From NCBI GenBank assembly GCA_012034805.1, contig JAAUOP010000004.1, positions 7,843 through 71,842 on the forward strand: 64,000 bases of DNA. The letters are read 5' to 3'. The notes beneath the pieces were generated by a model. That model had not been told where the DNA came from. It worked only from the letters and a program-made list of their open reading frames with translations, and ran no database searches. Shown here piece after piece: positions 35,251 to 46,304 of this stretch. Source of the DNA: Synechococcales cyanobacterium CRU_2_2. Lineage in GTDB: Bacteria > Cyanobacteriota > Cyanobacteriia > PCC-9006 > JAAUQQ01. How positions within the stretch are numbered: the first letter of the stretch is position 1; every line of letters starts with the position of its first letter. The position numbers and the translations under genes were made by a program.

Positions 35251-35967
35251 TTAAGATTCGGGCTGGAATTCAGGCGATTTGGATTCAGGCGATTTGGATT
35301 CAGGCGATTTGGATTCAGGCGATTTGGATTCGGGGGTGGGGGATTCGGGAGTAGGCAATTCGGGATTTGGAGGGTCGGGAGTTGGGGGGTCGGGGAGTTT
35401 TAGTTCTGCGGTGTATTTCCACTCCTCCAAAGGCCGGTTAATCGCGGGTTCAAAGTCTATGGAAACGAGGCGTACTGATAGCGTTGGGGCGTTGGGGGGG
35501 GTGTCGGTGAGCGCATAGAAGGCAGAGCGATCGAAATTGGCCTGACCCAAAACCAGCACGTGCTCCTTGCCGTTGGCCAGGGTGACATTGACGATCGCCG
35601 GTTGATCAAAGCCAAATTCGGCCTTGCGATCGCCCGCCACCTCCAGGGTCTGCTGCACATTGCCCGTGGCCAGTAAGTTGAGCAAAAACGCCACTGCCCC
35701 ATCACTGGCCTGAATGGTCTCGGGCTTCGTCATCCGCCAGTCGGACTCTCCTTCCGGCGGCGAGTCGCGCTTTTCGAAGGCCAGGGTCAGGTCGGGTCGC
35801 TGGATCTGAATGGCCTGAATCTCCGCTTCCTCAAATGCAAATAAATTCCCATCCGCGACATCGGCCTGCTCTGGCTTCGGAGCCAAAATCACCTCCGAGA
35901 CAAAGAATGCACCCATGCCCAGGGTTGCGACCAAAACCAGCAGAAATGTATTGCGTTGAACTTTCAT
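35251..35967 (-). CDS. DUF4340-like protein
   Basis: ATG 35967 is preceded by AAGGGA, and the N-terminus is a signal anchor (MKVQRNTFLLVLVATLGMGAFF). It lies downstream of the GldG-like gene, as in the common operon. The C-terminus has SPESK repeats. Confidence 0.6.
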   Translation of the reverse strand: MKVQRNTFLLVLVATLGMGAFFVSEVILAPKPEQADVADGNLFAFEEAEIQAIQIQRPDLTLAFEKRDSPPEGESDWRMTKPETIQASDGAVAFLLNLLATGNVQQTLEVAGDRKAEFGFDQPAIVNVTLANGKEHVLVLGQANFDRSAFYALTDTPPNAPTLSVRLVSIDFEPAINRPLEEWKYTAELKLPDPPTPDPPNPELPTPESPTPESKSPESKSPESKSPESKSPEFQPES

Positions 35968-36069
35968 AGATCCCTTGAGCGTGAACCCCTTGAGCGCTTG
36001 CCGTTCCAGTGCTGTGCCTTTGCCACTATCGTCGCTGCCACCAGAGAAAACCAGCGCTACCGAAGCCAA

Positions 36070-37600
36070 TCAAGGGCAGGAGCAAAACCGCAAAAAAGCG
36101 ACGCCATTGCCCTTGATCGGGCTGAGCACCAAGCGGCGATTGGTCATTTCCCGTGGGCCGATGCTGAGGACTTCTCCCTCGCGCTGGCTCAGCCAGGTGA
36201 TGGCATTGGCAAAGACATCGGGGTTGAGTTGCTGGGTCACGGGGCCATTGGTCACGAAGCTGGCATTGCCAATCACCACGAGGCGGCTTTCCTGGCTCGG
36301 CTTAGATCCGGGTTTGCTCAGGGCAGCACCTAGGGTCAGGGGGCCTTTGAGGTCGCGGTTGGCGTCGAACTGCACCTGGGCCTGGAGATCCTTCTCGGCC
36401 CAACTGGCATCGTTGCTCATCAGGATCGGCACAGCGGTGATGCCGTCCTGTGGTTGGAGGCCGATCGCCCGCGCCAGGGGATAGAACGAAATGCCTTGGC
36501 CAAAGCTGGCGGTGATCGGGTGGTCGCCGTAGCTCGTGACCAGGGGTGAGGTCGGCCCCATCCCAGCCAGTCCCCCGGTGCCCTGGAGGCCCAGCGCCTC
36601 CGAGCCGTCGATCACCAGGCGATCGTCGAGGGTGACACCCCAGGGGCTCAGCAGCTCCCCGAGCTTGGGGTCGGTGTTGGGGTCGATCAGCAGCAGCAAG
36701 CCGCCGTCGTCGTTGAGGTATTGCTCTAGGGCTTTGACTTCCTCGGCAAACAGCGATCGCTGGGGCCCAGACACCAGGATCACACTGGCATCCTTGGGCA
36801 GTCCTTTGCCACTGTTGAGCTGCTCGGCTAAATTCAGCGGTTCTACGGTGTAGTTGCGATCGCTCAAAAGCTTAATCGCTTGGCTGAGCTGTTCTGGGCT
36901 ATGTTCGCCGTGGCCTTGAAGCAGGAAGACTTTGTCGGTGCGATCGCGCTTCAACCGAGCCAAGGCGTTGGTCAGCTTGCTCTCCGAAAAGGGCTCCTGG
37001 GACAAGTTCTGCACGAAAATTCTGCGGGTCGCCCCATTGGGCTCCGCCGGGTTGCCCACATCCAGAAAAATATCCCCGCTGTCCTTGAGTTCAAACGCCT
37101 GCACCAGGCCAGGCTCTGTCACCGGATCCACGAAGGTATAGGAAAACTTCTCGGGGTTCAGGCGAGCATAGTTTTTCAGCAGGTTTTCCACCTGGGGCGG
37201 CTTTTCTGGAGCAAAGACATAGGCCTTAACGGGAGTTTCTAGACCCTTGAGCACCTCCGCAGATTGGGGTGCCAAGCTAAAAATTTGGTTTTCGGTGAGG
37301 TCGAATCGCTGGGGATAGCGGGCCGCCAAAACATTCAGCAATCCTAGAATAATCAGCATGGCCACCGTCGCCATCAGCGCATTGGTTCCCGCTTGAGTGG
37401 AACGCTGCAAGCCAAAAATTTTTGGCCGTCACCTGGAGCAGCACCCAAAAGGCAATTACGGCCAATCCCAAAATCATCAGCACCATCGGCGCTGCACCCC
37501 AAGAACCCGAAACCAGTCCGGCGGAAAAACCCACAAAAAACAGGGAGATTCCCAGCCAGACTGAATATTGAAGGGAGTGGGAAAGGAAAGAAAGTTTCAT
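36070..37600 (-). pseudogene. GldG-family ABC-transporter auxiliary protein with an apparent frameshift at the A5T5 run (37414-37423)
   Basis: The N-terminal TM part is in ORF 37277-37600 (..LQVTAKNFW). The remainder is in ORF 36070-37410 (QRSTQAGTNALMATVAMLIILGLLNVLAARYPQRFDLTENQ). Confidence 0.7.
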
Positions 37601-37607
37601 TTGGCAA

Positions 37608-38528
37608 CTAGGTGCGTTGGAAACGGAAGGTTTCGACGGATTGAGCGGTGAGAAAAATACCCAGGAAACTATAGCTGGCCAACATCAGTAGGCTGCCCGT
37701 ATCGACGATGCCTTGGGTGAGCTGGGTGTAGTGGCGAATCATCGAGAGGTGGTTGGCGATCGCGGCGATCGCCCCCGAAGCCCCACTGCCCAAAGCGTCC
37801 ACGATCCAGAGCAACAGCACCAGACCAAAGGTCATGATCGCCGCCACAATGGTGCTGCTTGTCAGGGACGAGATGAACATGCCCAAGGACAAAATCGCGC
37901 TGGCCAACAACACCAAGCCCAGATGACTGAGCAAGAAAACCGTTGGTGCGACGCCAGGGGAAGCGGAGCTGAGGATCACCGCCTCGTAGGCCATCATCGG
38001 CAACATCATGCCCACAAAAAAAGTCACCGCCGCCGCCAGCTTGCCCACCGCTACCGACCAGTTGGTAATCGGTGAAGTGGCCAGCAGTTCTAGGGTGCCG
38101 CGCTTGCGCTCCTCGGCATAGAGCCCCATGGACAGCATCGGCATCAACACGAGCACCAACGAGGCCAAGGTGCCCAGAAACTGCTGGAGCAGGACATAGG
38201 GCGCATCGAAGTTGATCGGCTCGCCGCCGCCGCCCTGTTGTTGCTGAAAATCGAGCCCGGCGGACTGGCCCAGCACGGAGCTCATGATCATAACGAAGAA
38301 GATACCGGCTATCAGCCAAAAGACCCCGGCGATGATGTAGGCCAAGGGCGCTTTGAAATAGCTTTGGAGTTCTCGCTTATAGATGGCAAACCAATTGCCG
38401 AGTGCGAGGGAGCGATCGCCATCAGTGTGTCTCCGCTTCGGTCGTTGGGGTGGGTGAGTCTGGGGGGGCCTGTTCACTCGCGGCTTGGGCAGTGGCCCAG
38501 GGATCCGAGGCAATCTCGGGAAGGCCAA
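37608..38528 (-). CDS. ABC-2 type transporter permease
   Basis: It has six hydrophobic segments and YKRELQSYFKAPLAYI near the N-terminus. The start is uncertain: the ORF overlaps the ATPase 3' end, and an ATG at the TGATG junction near 38420 is in another frame. Confidence 0.7.
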   Translation of the reverse strand: MAFPRLPRIPGPLPKPRVNRPPQTHPPQRPKRRHTDGDRSLALGNWFAIYKRELQSYFKAPLAYIIAGVFWLIAGIFFVMIMSSVLGQSAGLDFQQQQGGGGEPINFDAPYVLLQQFLGTLASLVLVLMPMLSMGLYAEERKRGTLELLATSPITNWSVAVGKLAAAVTFFVGMMLPMMAYEAVILSSASPGVAPTVFLLSHLGLVLLASAILSLGMFISSLTSSTIVAAIMTFGLVLLLWIVDALGSGASGAIAAIANHLSMIRHYTQLTQGIVDTGSLLMLASYSFLGIFLTAQSVETFRFQRT

Positions 38529-39578
38529 GGTCTGCTGCGGCAGAGACGTCGGGTGCAGCCTCTAGGGCCAGTGTCGCCAAAGCCTTTTCGGTGGCCTGTT
38601 CGCTGGCGACGGAATCGGCATTCAGTACCAGTTCCGCGTGGTCTTTGTCTTGGGTCGTCAGCTTGAGAAAGACGTCCTCGAGGCTGGCGCGCGATCGCCG
38701 CATTTCGTACAACCCTAGCCCCGCCATCACTACCGCTGCCGACAGCTCCCGGCCAATGTCCGTTTTGCCCTCGGTCATCACCGTGACACTGCGACGGCCT
38801 TCGGCGGGGGCCGGAGCGGTCACAACTTTCTGGACGCCGGGGAGTTTCTCCAGGATTTCCCGCGCCTGATCCACGTCCCCCTCTAGCTCCAAAATATAGT
38901 TCGATCCACCCGCCAAATCCTCCATCAGCGACTCTGGCGAACTCGTCGTCACCAGTTTTCCCTGATTGATAATCGCCACCCGATTACAGGTCATGCTGAC
39001 CTCGGGAAGAATGTGGGTCGAAAGAATAATCGTGTGCTGACCGGCTAGGCTCTTGATCAGTTCGCGCACTTCAATAATTTGGCGCGGATCGAGACCCACC
39101 GTGGGTTCGTCCAAAACAATCACCGGTGGATCGTGGACGATGGCCTGGGCAATGCCGACACGCTGGCGGTAGCCCTTGGACAGTTTGCCGATGATCGTGC
39201 TGCGACGATCGCTCAATCCGCAACGCGCCAGGGAAGAATCGACTCGGCTGGGGCGATCGCCTGCATTCACGCCCTTGAGCTGGGCCACAAAGTGCAGAAA
39301 CCCTTCCACGGTCATGTCGGGGTAGAGCGGCGGTGTTTCGGGCAAATAGCCAATGCGCCGTCGCACCGACATAGAGCTGTCGTGGACATCGTATCCAGCG
39401 ATGCGCGCGGTACCGCTGCTGGCGGGTAGATACCCCGTCAGAATGCGCATGGTGGTGGTTTTACCGGCTCCGTTTGGCCCCAAAAAGCCAAGAATCTCCC
39501 CGCTTTCTACGGAGAAACTGAGGTCGCGATCGCCCGGTAAGACCCGTAGTATTTGCTGAGCTGATCGACTTCAATCAT
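38422..39578 (-). pseudogene. ABC transporter ATP-binding protein with an apparent 1-nt frameshift at a HIP1 site (39526-39533)
   Basis: ATG 39578 gives MIEVDQLSKYYGSYRAI and then goes out of frame. The next frame reads LSFSVESGEILGFLGPNGAGKTT (Walker A), followed by LSKGYRQRV and IVLDEPT. Confidence 0.75.
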
Positions 39579-39728
39579 AAAACCTGTCAACCACAGACCG
39601 TCACAGACAAACACGCCACTCGCCGAGGCGAGGCGCGATTGCCGCAGCGCTTTGCTGTGTCACTTTGGAGATCGCTGTTCAATCTAGCAGCAAAGTCAAC
39701 AACTCGCCAGAGCACCTAGCCAGAGCAC

Positions 39729-40460
39729 CTAGCCAGAGCACTCGGGCTGACACCAAGACGAATGAGGCCTAGGCGGCTGGGGCCGAGTTGGGGCGATCGC
39801 CGCCCGATCATAGTTTTCGAGTGCCTCGGCCTCGCGACCCAAGGCCTGCGAAGCCACTCCGCGCTTCACCCAGGCTTTGCTGGCCATCGGGTCGAGGCGC
39901 AAGGCGCGATCGTAGCTGGCGATCGCCGCCTCAAATTGACCCAACTGATGCAACACCAAACCGCGACCGTACCAGTCTTCACTGTAGTCTGCTCGAATGC
40001 CCAGGGCCGCATCATAATTTTCCAAGGCTTGGGCGTAGCGACCGAGGTGATAGAGCGCCATGGCCCGACCGACAAAGGCTTCAGGGTAGCCAGAGCGCAA
40101 TTGGAGGGCCGTCGTGTAGCTGGCGATCGCGGCCCTCAGGTGATCGGAAACCGCCTCAGCGAAATTGCGTTGGCCCGCAACCGCCGGATGCGCCCCAATC
40201 CGCTCCGCCGAATTCCACAAGATGCGAGTCTCAAGCGTGCGAGTCTCAAGCGTGCGAATCTCAAGCGTGCGAGTCTCAAGTGCCAAGCCTTGAAGCGCGT
40301 TTCCCCGGCGCACCCAGAGGTCGGCATCATCTAGCTTGAGGGCAAGGGCGCAGTCGTATTGAGCGATCGCCTCGGCAAAGCAACCCTGTCGAAACCAGGT
40401 GTTACCCAATTGCTGTGCGCCTGATGGCGTTTGCTCAAGCGGAGAGATGCATTTGGACAT
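39729..40460 (-). CDS. tetratricopeptide-repeat protein
   Basis: There are several TPR units (AIASYDRALRLDP, ALENYDAALGIRADY). A 15-bp tandem repeat at 40224-40283 encodes ETRTLEIRTLETRTLETR. Confidence 0.8.
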   Translation of the reverse strand: MSKCISPLEQTPSGAQQLGNTWFRQGCFAEAIAQYDCALALKLDDADLWVRRGNALQGLALETRTLEIRTLETRTLETRILWNSAERIGAHPAVAGQRNFAEAVSDHLRAAIASYTTALQLRSGYPEAFVGRAMALYHLGRYAQALENYDAALGIRADYSEDWYGRGLVLHQLGQFEAAIASYDRALRLDPMASKAWVKRGVASQALGREAEALENYDRAAIAPTRPQPPRPHSSWCQPECSG

Positions 40461-40626
40461 ACCCGCGAACCTCGTGATTTCCCCGATAGTTTCTGCTTCC
40501 TTATTCCTGTCTTAACAAACAAAATCGGGAAAATACGGATCCTTTACGATCTATTGCCGCTGATCGCCACTGAGTCTAATCGTCATCTGATCGCCGCCCG
40601 GTTTTCCCGCTCCTGCGATCGCCCCT

Positions 40627-41976
40627 CTAGAGATATCCCATGGGATCAACGGGCTCACCGTTCTGCCGCACCTCGAAATGTAAATGAGGCCCCGTGGACA
40701 ACCCTGTCGAGCCCGAGCGTGAGACAACCTGCCCCGGCTGGACGGCTTGGCCAGGGCTGACGGTCAGCTCATTGTTGTGGGCATAGAGCGTGGTGATGCC
40801 GTCGCCGTGGTCAAGAATCACGGCATTGCCGTAGCCGCCATACCAGTCCGCATAAATGACAACACCGCCCGCCGCCGCACCAATCGAAGTTTCGTAGTCC
40901 ACCGCAAAGTCAATGCCACTGTGGAAGCGCTCGGTACCCAAAACCGGATGCACGCGCCAGCCAAAAGGACTACTGATGGGTGCAGCCACCGGCATCCGCA
41001 AGGGACCGCCGCCCAAGAAGCCCGCATTCACACTCCGCTTGGCAATAAGTTCCTGAATCAACTGGGTCAAGTTTTCAGAGTCTCGCTGGAGTTGAATCTG
41101 GGAGGCTTCGAGGGCAGCGCGGTTATCCTTAAGCCGTTGTATGAGCACTGCTTGTTGTTTGCTTTTTTGCTCAAGGCCAGATTTTTGCATCAGCTGTCGC
41201 TGCCGCAGCAGGGCGATACCATTTTTTTGTTCTTCGATCTGCTCTTGTTGTTGTTGTAACTGGATGGCTTGCTGGGTAAGGTTGCTGAGACGGGTGCGAT
41301 CGCGCTCGTACAGCTTCTTCAGATAATACCGTCGTTGCAAGAACGCCCCGATCGAGTCACTTTCGAGTAACACCGCCCAGCCCTGGAGGCGCTGCTGACG
41401 CTGAAGAACTTGCAACCGGGCAACGGTGGAGTTGCGTTGCTTTTGGTAGGTCTGCTGGGACTGAGCAAGTCTGCCTTCTAGGCCTTTGAGATATTGCGCT
41501 GCCACATCAAGGCGCGCTTGGCTGTCAGCGAGGGCACCTTCGGTTTGGAGCAGGGTGTCCCGGAGATCCGTCAGGTCGCCGAGGGCCGATTGCTCAGCCT
41601 GTTTGATCCGTTTGGTGGCTTGCTCAACAGCTTGCTGACGCTGTTCAACTTGTTGCTGGCGCTGTTCAACCTGTTGTTGCTGCTGCTCGAGCTGTTGTTG
41701 TTCCTGTTCGCGCTGTTGTTGCTGTTGCTCAAAGTCCTGAAGGACAGTTTGGGCAATACTGCTTTGGGCAATGCTGCTTTGGGCAATGCTGCTTTGGGCG
41801 AAGGTTGGGGAGGGTGCTGCGATCGCCGGACATGGATCGCCCAGCAGGCACAAGAGGCCGAGAAGGTGGATGAGGGCGATCGCCACCTTGACTCTGGAAA
41901 ACAGTCGAAGCGCATCACGAGGGCACGGCTGGATTAGGATGAGGGAAGAGCGAAGGAAACTGCCGACGAAGGCCAT
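40627..41976 (-). CDS. M23-family metallopeptidase with Q-rich coiled coil (EnvC-like)
   Basis: The C-terminal LytM domain carries HSGIDFA..GNAVILDHG..TLYAHN..GPHLHFEV. Confidence 0.85.
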   Translation of the reverse strand: MAFVGSFLRSSLILIQPCPRDALRLFSRVKVAIALIHLLGLLCLLGDPCPAIAAPSPTFAQSSIAQSSIAQSSIAQTVLQDFEQQQQQREQEQQQLEQQQQQVEQRQQQVEQRQQAVEQATKRIKQAEQSALGDLTDLRDTLLQTEGALADSQARLDVAAQYLKGLEGRLAQSQQTYQKQRNSTVARLQVLQRQQRLQGWAVLLESDSIGAFLQRRYYLKKLYERDRTRLSNLTQQAIQLQQQQEQIEEQKNGIALLRQRQLMQKSGLEQKSKQQAVLIQRLKDNRAALEASQIQLQRDSENLTQLIQELIAKRSVNAGFLGGGPLRMPVAAPISSPFGWRVHPVLGTERFHSGIDFAVDYETSIGAAAGGVVIYADWYGGYGNAVILDHGDGITTLYAHNNELTVSPGQAVQPGQVVSRSGSTGLSTGPHLHFEVRQNGEPVDPMGYL

Positions 41977-42304
41977 GGTCTGCTATCAGTGGGGTGGTTT
42001 TGGGCTGGCCAATCTGGATTGGAGGTTGCACTGGAGTTGCTCCCAATCCTGGCTCAGCTTAGCAGAGGACTTTTCTCCCCAGAGTTGTGTCAGGGTCTCG
42101 GGGAGTGTTCACAAAAGTGGGTTAGACCAGCCTGTAACCCTAGTTTTTCCGTTGATTTTTGCGGCTTCACACAAAATTCAGAACTCTCTCTACTCAACGG
42201 CTTCTCTCCTACCCAAACTGAATGCCTGCGCAGTTCGCTTATGTTTCGGATGTCTTTAGAAATTAGCGCGAAGAAAGACTCTGTCCTTTTGAGATTTTAC
42301 TGCG

Positions 42305-42964
42305 CTATGCATGGATCTGGCTCAGAATAATACGGAGGCGATCGTAGTCGTCCTTGAGCAAAACCGTGAGCGATCGCCCGGCCTGCACCAGCCAGCTTCG
42401 ATCCGCCTGACGCAATCGATAGACCTCCCGGATTGCCGCTGCCAGTAAGCTGTCATTCGGCGCACCTTGCACTTGCAACAGTGTGCGCAAAAAGTCTAGT
42501 TTTTCTGTAAACGCCAAAACCTCCTCCGTCGTACAGCGGTAAACCGACTGATGAACCTGAGGGGGGCGGGGCGGCAAATACTGGTAAATCTGCCTGGGCA
42601 GATCGAGAAGACTCGATTGCGGCGTCTGAAACCCCACAATCACCGCACAAAAATCTGTCTTCAGCATCGCAAAAATTTGGGGCTGCTCCTCACGCAACTC
42701 CGCCATACTCATGCCCAGCGCCCGCGCTCGATGAACCGAATCAACTGGAGAAGTTGTTGCATGATAAACCACAGCATAGACCTTATTCCCGGAGGTCTCA
42801 TCCAGGGAATGCACCCAGCTGCCAAAGGGCGGCATCGCTGGAAAGCTGAGGCCTTCCGGCTCCAGGCATTGAGCCAAAAACTCCGTGGTTGCAGTTTCGA
42901 CCACTTCGGCAAAGTGATCACTGGCACGATCGCGTCCCCCAAACTGGGGCAGGGGCAGGCGCAT
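42305..42964 (-). CDS. conserved hypothetical protein
   Basis: 219-aa ORF with ordinary composition, 28 nt downstream of ndhS on the same strand. Confidence 0.55.
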   Translation of the reverse strand: MRLPLPQFGGRDRASDHFAEVVETATTEFLAQCLEPEGLSFPAMPPFGSWVHSLDETSGNKVYAVVYHATTSPVDSVHRARALGMSMAELREEQPQIFAMLKTDFCAVIVGFQTPQSSLLDLPRQIYQYLPPRPPQVHQSVYRCTTEEVLAFTEKLDFLRTLLQVQGAPNDSLLAAAIREVYRLRQADRSWLVQAGRSLTVLLKDDYDRLRIILSQIHA

Positions 42965-42992
42965 AACAAACCCTCGTCGCTTAGATGGCTCG

Positions 42993-43163
42993 CTACTTCA
43001 CAACCTCTAGCTCAGACGGACGAAACGTCACGAGCTTGTCCCAGTTCCCCCCTTCAAAAAGCACCGCAACCTTGCCCTTGCTAATGCGCTGGACGTAGCC
43101 TTTAAACTGGTAATACGTATCATCGGCATTGATAACACGGACTTCTTGACCGGGGAGAATCAT
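42993..43163 (-). CDS. ndhS: NAD(P)H-quinone oxidoreductase subunit S
   Basis: From ATG 43163 it reads [47 protein letters not shown], the NdhS signature. Confidence 0.8.
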   Translation of the reverse strand: MILPGQEVRVINADDTYYQFKGYVQRISKGKVAVLFEGGNWDKLVTFRPSELEVVK

Positions 43164-43227
43164 GGCGATCGCGTGGAAAGAGTACAGAACCAGGGTCAAC
43201 CGACTCGCATCGGTTTGCTTAATCCTA

Positions 43228-46200
43228 TCAGTCCGGCCTCGTATCCGACGGTTTCACCTGATGAATCAACACCTCACCCTTGAGCAAACGCCCCGCTGCC
43301 TCCAGCAAACTCTCTTCTAGATAAGGCTTGGTAAAGTATCCCTTAGCCCCAAACTTCGCCGCCAACATGCGATGACGCTCGGCCCCTCGAGACGTCAGCA
43401 TCGCCATCGGCAACGTCTTGAGATACTCGTCCTGCTGGAGCCGTTCTAGCAACTCCAGACCCGTCATGCGTGGCATCTCGATGTCGCAGAAAATCAGGTT
43501 ACAGGGCAAGCCAGAGCGCAGCTTTTCCCAAGCTTCCTGACCATCACGGGCCTGCTCGACGCGGTAGCCTGCCTTGGCAAAACTCATCGATAACAGCTCT
43601 CGCACCGTAATCGAGTCATCCACAATCAGTACCAGGGGCTCTGTGGCAGGGGTTTCAGTCGGTTCCTCAAGCTGATCGTTTGCATTCCACAGCGCATGCG
43701 CACCCTGGCGCGTGCGGCCCTTCGCGAGGTCAATCAGTTCCAGCACGTCAGCAATCGGCATGACTTGACCATCGGCGAGAACTGTCGCACCTGCAATGCC
43801 GGTTGGCTTCGGAACTGGCCCTTCCAGCTGCTTAATGACAATGTCTAGCTCACCCTCGACCCGATCCACGATGATGGCCAAGTACTCACCCGCACTGCGC
43901 AAAATGACGAGGGGCAGCATATCCTCATCGGTGACACCGGCGTAAACACTGCTGCGGCTAATCGAGCGGTTGTAGCGCAGCAGATCCGAGAGCTCTCGCA
44001 CAGGCAACTTCATCTCACGCCATTCGACACAGAGTTGGTCTTCTTCATTCTTAACCAGGTCATCGCGGGCAATGTCAACCATATCTTCGACGCCATCGAA
44101 GGGGAAGGCAATACGGGCACGGTTGCTGATGCAATGTAGTGCTTTGGTGATACTGAGGGTGAGCGGCAAACGGATGGTGAATGTGGTTCCCTTACCGATT
44201 TCCGAGTCAATGATGATAGTGCCGCGCAGCTCCTGGAGCCGAGTTCGAACCACGTCCATGCCAACACCACGGCCTGCAAAAGCATCCGCGCTATCGCGGG
44301 TCGAGAAACCGGCATGGAACAAGAAGTCATAGAGCTGCGATATGCCGAGATTCTCAGCCTCTTCCGGGCGCAGGAGGCCTTTCTCGATCGCCTTACGCTT
44401 AATCAGCGCCGGGTTAATGCCCGCGCCATCATCAGACACCGAGATCACCGTCTGGTTGCCCTGATAAAAGGCTTGCAAGCGAATGTTGCCCGTGGGTGCT
44501 TTCCCGGCAAGGATGCGCTCGTCTTGGGTTTCGATGCCGTGGGTGACGGCGTTGTTAATCAAGTGGGTGAGGGGATCATGGAGTTGCTCAACCAACATTT
44601 TGTCGATTAGAGTGTCGCCTCCCTCCACAGTCAGAATCGCTTCCTTGCCACATTTGCGCGCAATATCGCGCACGGCTCGAGGGAGACGATCCGACGTCTG
44701 AGAGAAGGGAATCATCCGGGATTTATTGACATCTTCCTGGAGTTGGGTGGTGGTTTGGCGGAAGTTGCGCGCCACTTGATCGAGTGACTCGTTAATTAGG
44801 AAATCTATGTCGTCGGTGGATTCCTTGATTCGGACAATCAGTTCAATGATGTCCTGGGAGAGGGTATGGAAGCTGCTAAAGCGATCGAGCTCGAGGTCAT
44901 CTAGATCGTCGCTGGTTTCGCTGCTGAGCCCTAGGTTTGAGGGAAGATTCGAGGAAGATACGCCGATGGAGGCCAGGGCACTGGCTCCTGTAACTTTGCG
45001 ACGGCTGTTGAGCAGGGCATTTTCGAGCAGCGATCGCTCATACTGATCCTGGAGCCTTTGTCCCACATCGCTCAGTTGATGAGTATGACCACTGAGCTTT
45101 TCGAGAGCTTGGCGTAGACGCCCCTGGTCTCCCTCTAAGGAGTTTCGAGTGACAACCATCTCACCCACGAGGTTGCTGAGATTATCCAGGGTTTTGACCG
45201 GCACCCGCATACTTTGCTCGATGAGCCGCTGGGTTCGGGTACGTCCTTTGTGGGTAACTGATACCCCTGCGGCTGCAGTTTGTCCGCCGATGGATTGCGC
45301 CTGCTGCAGCAGTTCTTCCATGTCCGCAAACTCAGCATCGCTCGTGGCTGGGGAGCTCGCTTCGCTTGCAGGGCGAGTGGCAGAGCTTTCGCCCAGAGCC
45401 ATGCCACCCAAAAGAGCATCTAAATCATCAAAGTCAGCATTGCCTGAGTTTTCGACAGCAATGTCGTCGAGCAGAGAATCCAGATCGTCGAAGGAAGAGT
45501 CGCCTGTCGCAAGGTTGAAATCGCTCAACAGGGCATCTTCGGGGGCGCTCTGGGGAATAGATTCGAAGTCGATGGATTCTAGGCTGTCGTCTAGGGCGTC
45601 CAGTTCAGCTTGCTCTAGGTCAGCTTGCTCCTGTCCAGCTTGAGCCGGTTCCCACTCATCCAGCATAGACGCATCCAGACCGAGCTCCTCTGGGGGAGAA
45701 GCATCCAGGGCCAGCTCATCCAGGGAAGGCTCATTGGCCTCAAGCATGAGGGCCGAGTCCGCTTGATCGAACAAATCTGTCAAATCTTCAGTGGCGGACT
45801 GAGCGGCAATCTCCGGAGCCAACCCACCAGTCGAAGTCGCCGGTGCGTATCCCAGTTCCAGATCCAAAGCATTGAGCGCAGCTTCCGCAGAGACTGTGCT
45901 AAACGCATCCATTTCCGAGGAGATCGAGCGGTTGGCCAGTTCCTGGGAGGTTTGACTACCATCGCCATCCGGCCCAAACAAGTCCAAATCGAAGGCGTCT
46001 AACTCGCTCTCGGGAGGGGTGTCCAGATTATCGGCATTGCCCAGACTATCGACATTACCCAGACTATCGACATTACCCAGAGTATCGGCATTGCCCAAAC
46101 TATCTTCGTCACTGAGATCCTGTTCGTTGTCCCATCCCAGTTCATCCAGTGAGTTGTCTAGCACATCCAGGCTAGGATCATCCCAATTGAGGCCGTCCAA
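43228..46200 (-). CDS. pilL: CheA-like hybrid histidine kinase (HATPase, CheW-like and receiver domains), PilL C-terminal part / HmpE-like
   Basis: Domain evidence is [18 protein letters not shown] and GRGVGMDVV (HATPase), a CheW-like segment, and a C-terminal REC ([23 protein letters not shown]). The N-terminus is an acidic repeat region whose frame is open upstream of the annotated TTG start. Confidence 0.8.
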   Translation of the reverse strand: MDGLNWDDPSLDVLDNSLDELGWDNEQDLSDEDSLGNADTLGNVDSLGNVDSLGNADNLDTPPESELDAFDLDLFGPDGDGSQTSQELANRSISSEMDAFSTVSAEAALNALDLELGYAPATSTGGLAPEIAAQSATEDLTDLFDQADSALMLEANEPSLDELALDASPPEELGLDASMLDEWEPAQAGQEQADLEQAELDALDDSLESIDFESIPQSAPEDALLSDFNLATGDSSFDDLDSLLDDIAVENSGNADFDDLDALLGGMALGESSATRPASEASSPATSDAEFADMEELLQQAQSIGGQTAAAGVSVTHKGRTRTQRLIEQSMRVPVKTLDNLSNLVGEMVVTRNSLEGDQGRLRQALEKLSGHTHQLSDVGQRLQDQYERSLLENALLNSRRKVTGASALASIGVSSSNLPSNLGLSSETSDDLDDLELDRFSSFHTLSQDIIELIVRIKESTDDIDFLINESLDQVARNFRQTTTQLQEDVNKSRMIPFSQTSDRLPRAVRDIARKCGKEAILTVEGGDTLIDKMLVEQLHDPLTHLINNAVTHGIETQDERILAGKAPTGNIRLQAFYQGNQTVISVSDDGAGINPALIKRKAIEKGLLRPEEAENLGISQLYDFLFHAGFSTRDSADAFAGRGVGMDVVRTRLQELRGTIIIDSEIGKGTTFTIRLPLTLSITKALHCISNRARIAFPFDGVEDMVDIARDDLVKNEEDQLCVEWREMKLPVRELSDLLRYNRSISRSSVYAGVTDEDMLPLVILRSAGEYLAIIVDRVEGELDIVIKQLEGPVPKPTGIAGATVLADGQVMPIADVLELIDLAKGRTRQGAHALWNANDQLEEPTETPATEPLVLIVDDSITVRELLSMSFAKAGYRVEQARDGQEAWEKLRSGLPCNLIFCDIEMPRMTGLELLERLQQDEYLKTLPMAMLTSRGAERHRMLAAKFGAKGYFTKPYLEESLLEAAGRLLKGEVLIHQVKPSDTRPD

Positions 46201-46304
46201 GCCAAGGCTGTCGGAGTCGAGGCCGTCGGAGTCGAGGCTGTCGGAGTCGAGGTCGCCTAAGCCGAGGCTGTCTGAAGTCAGGCCAGTCTGAATCCGAGGT
46301 CCGA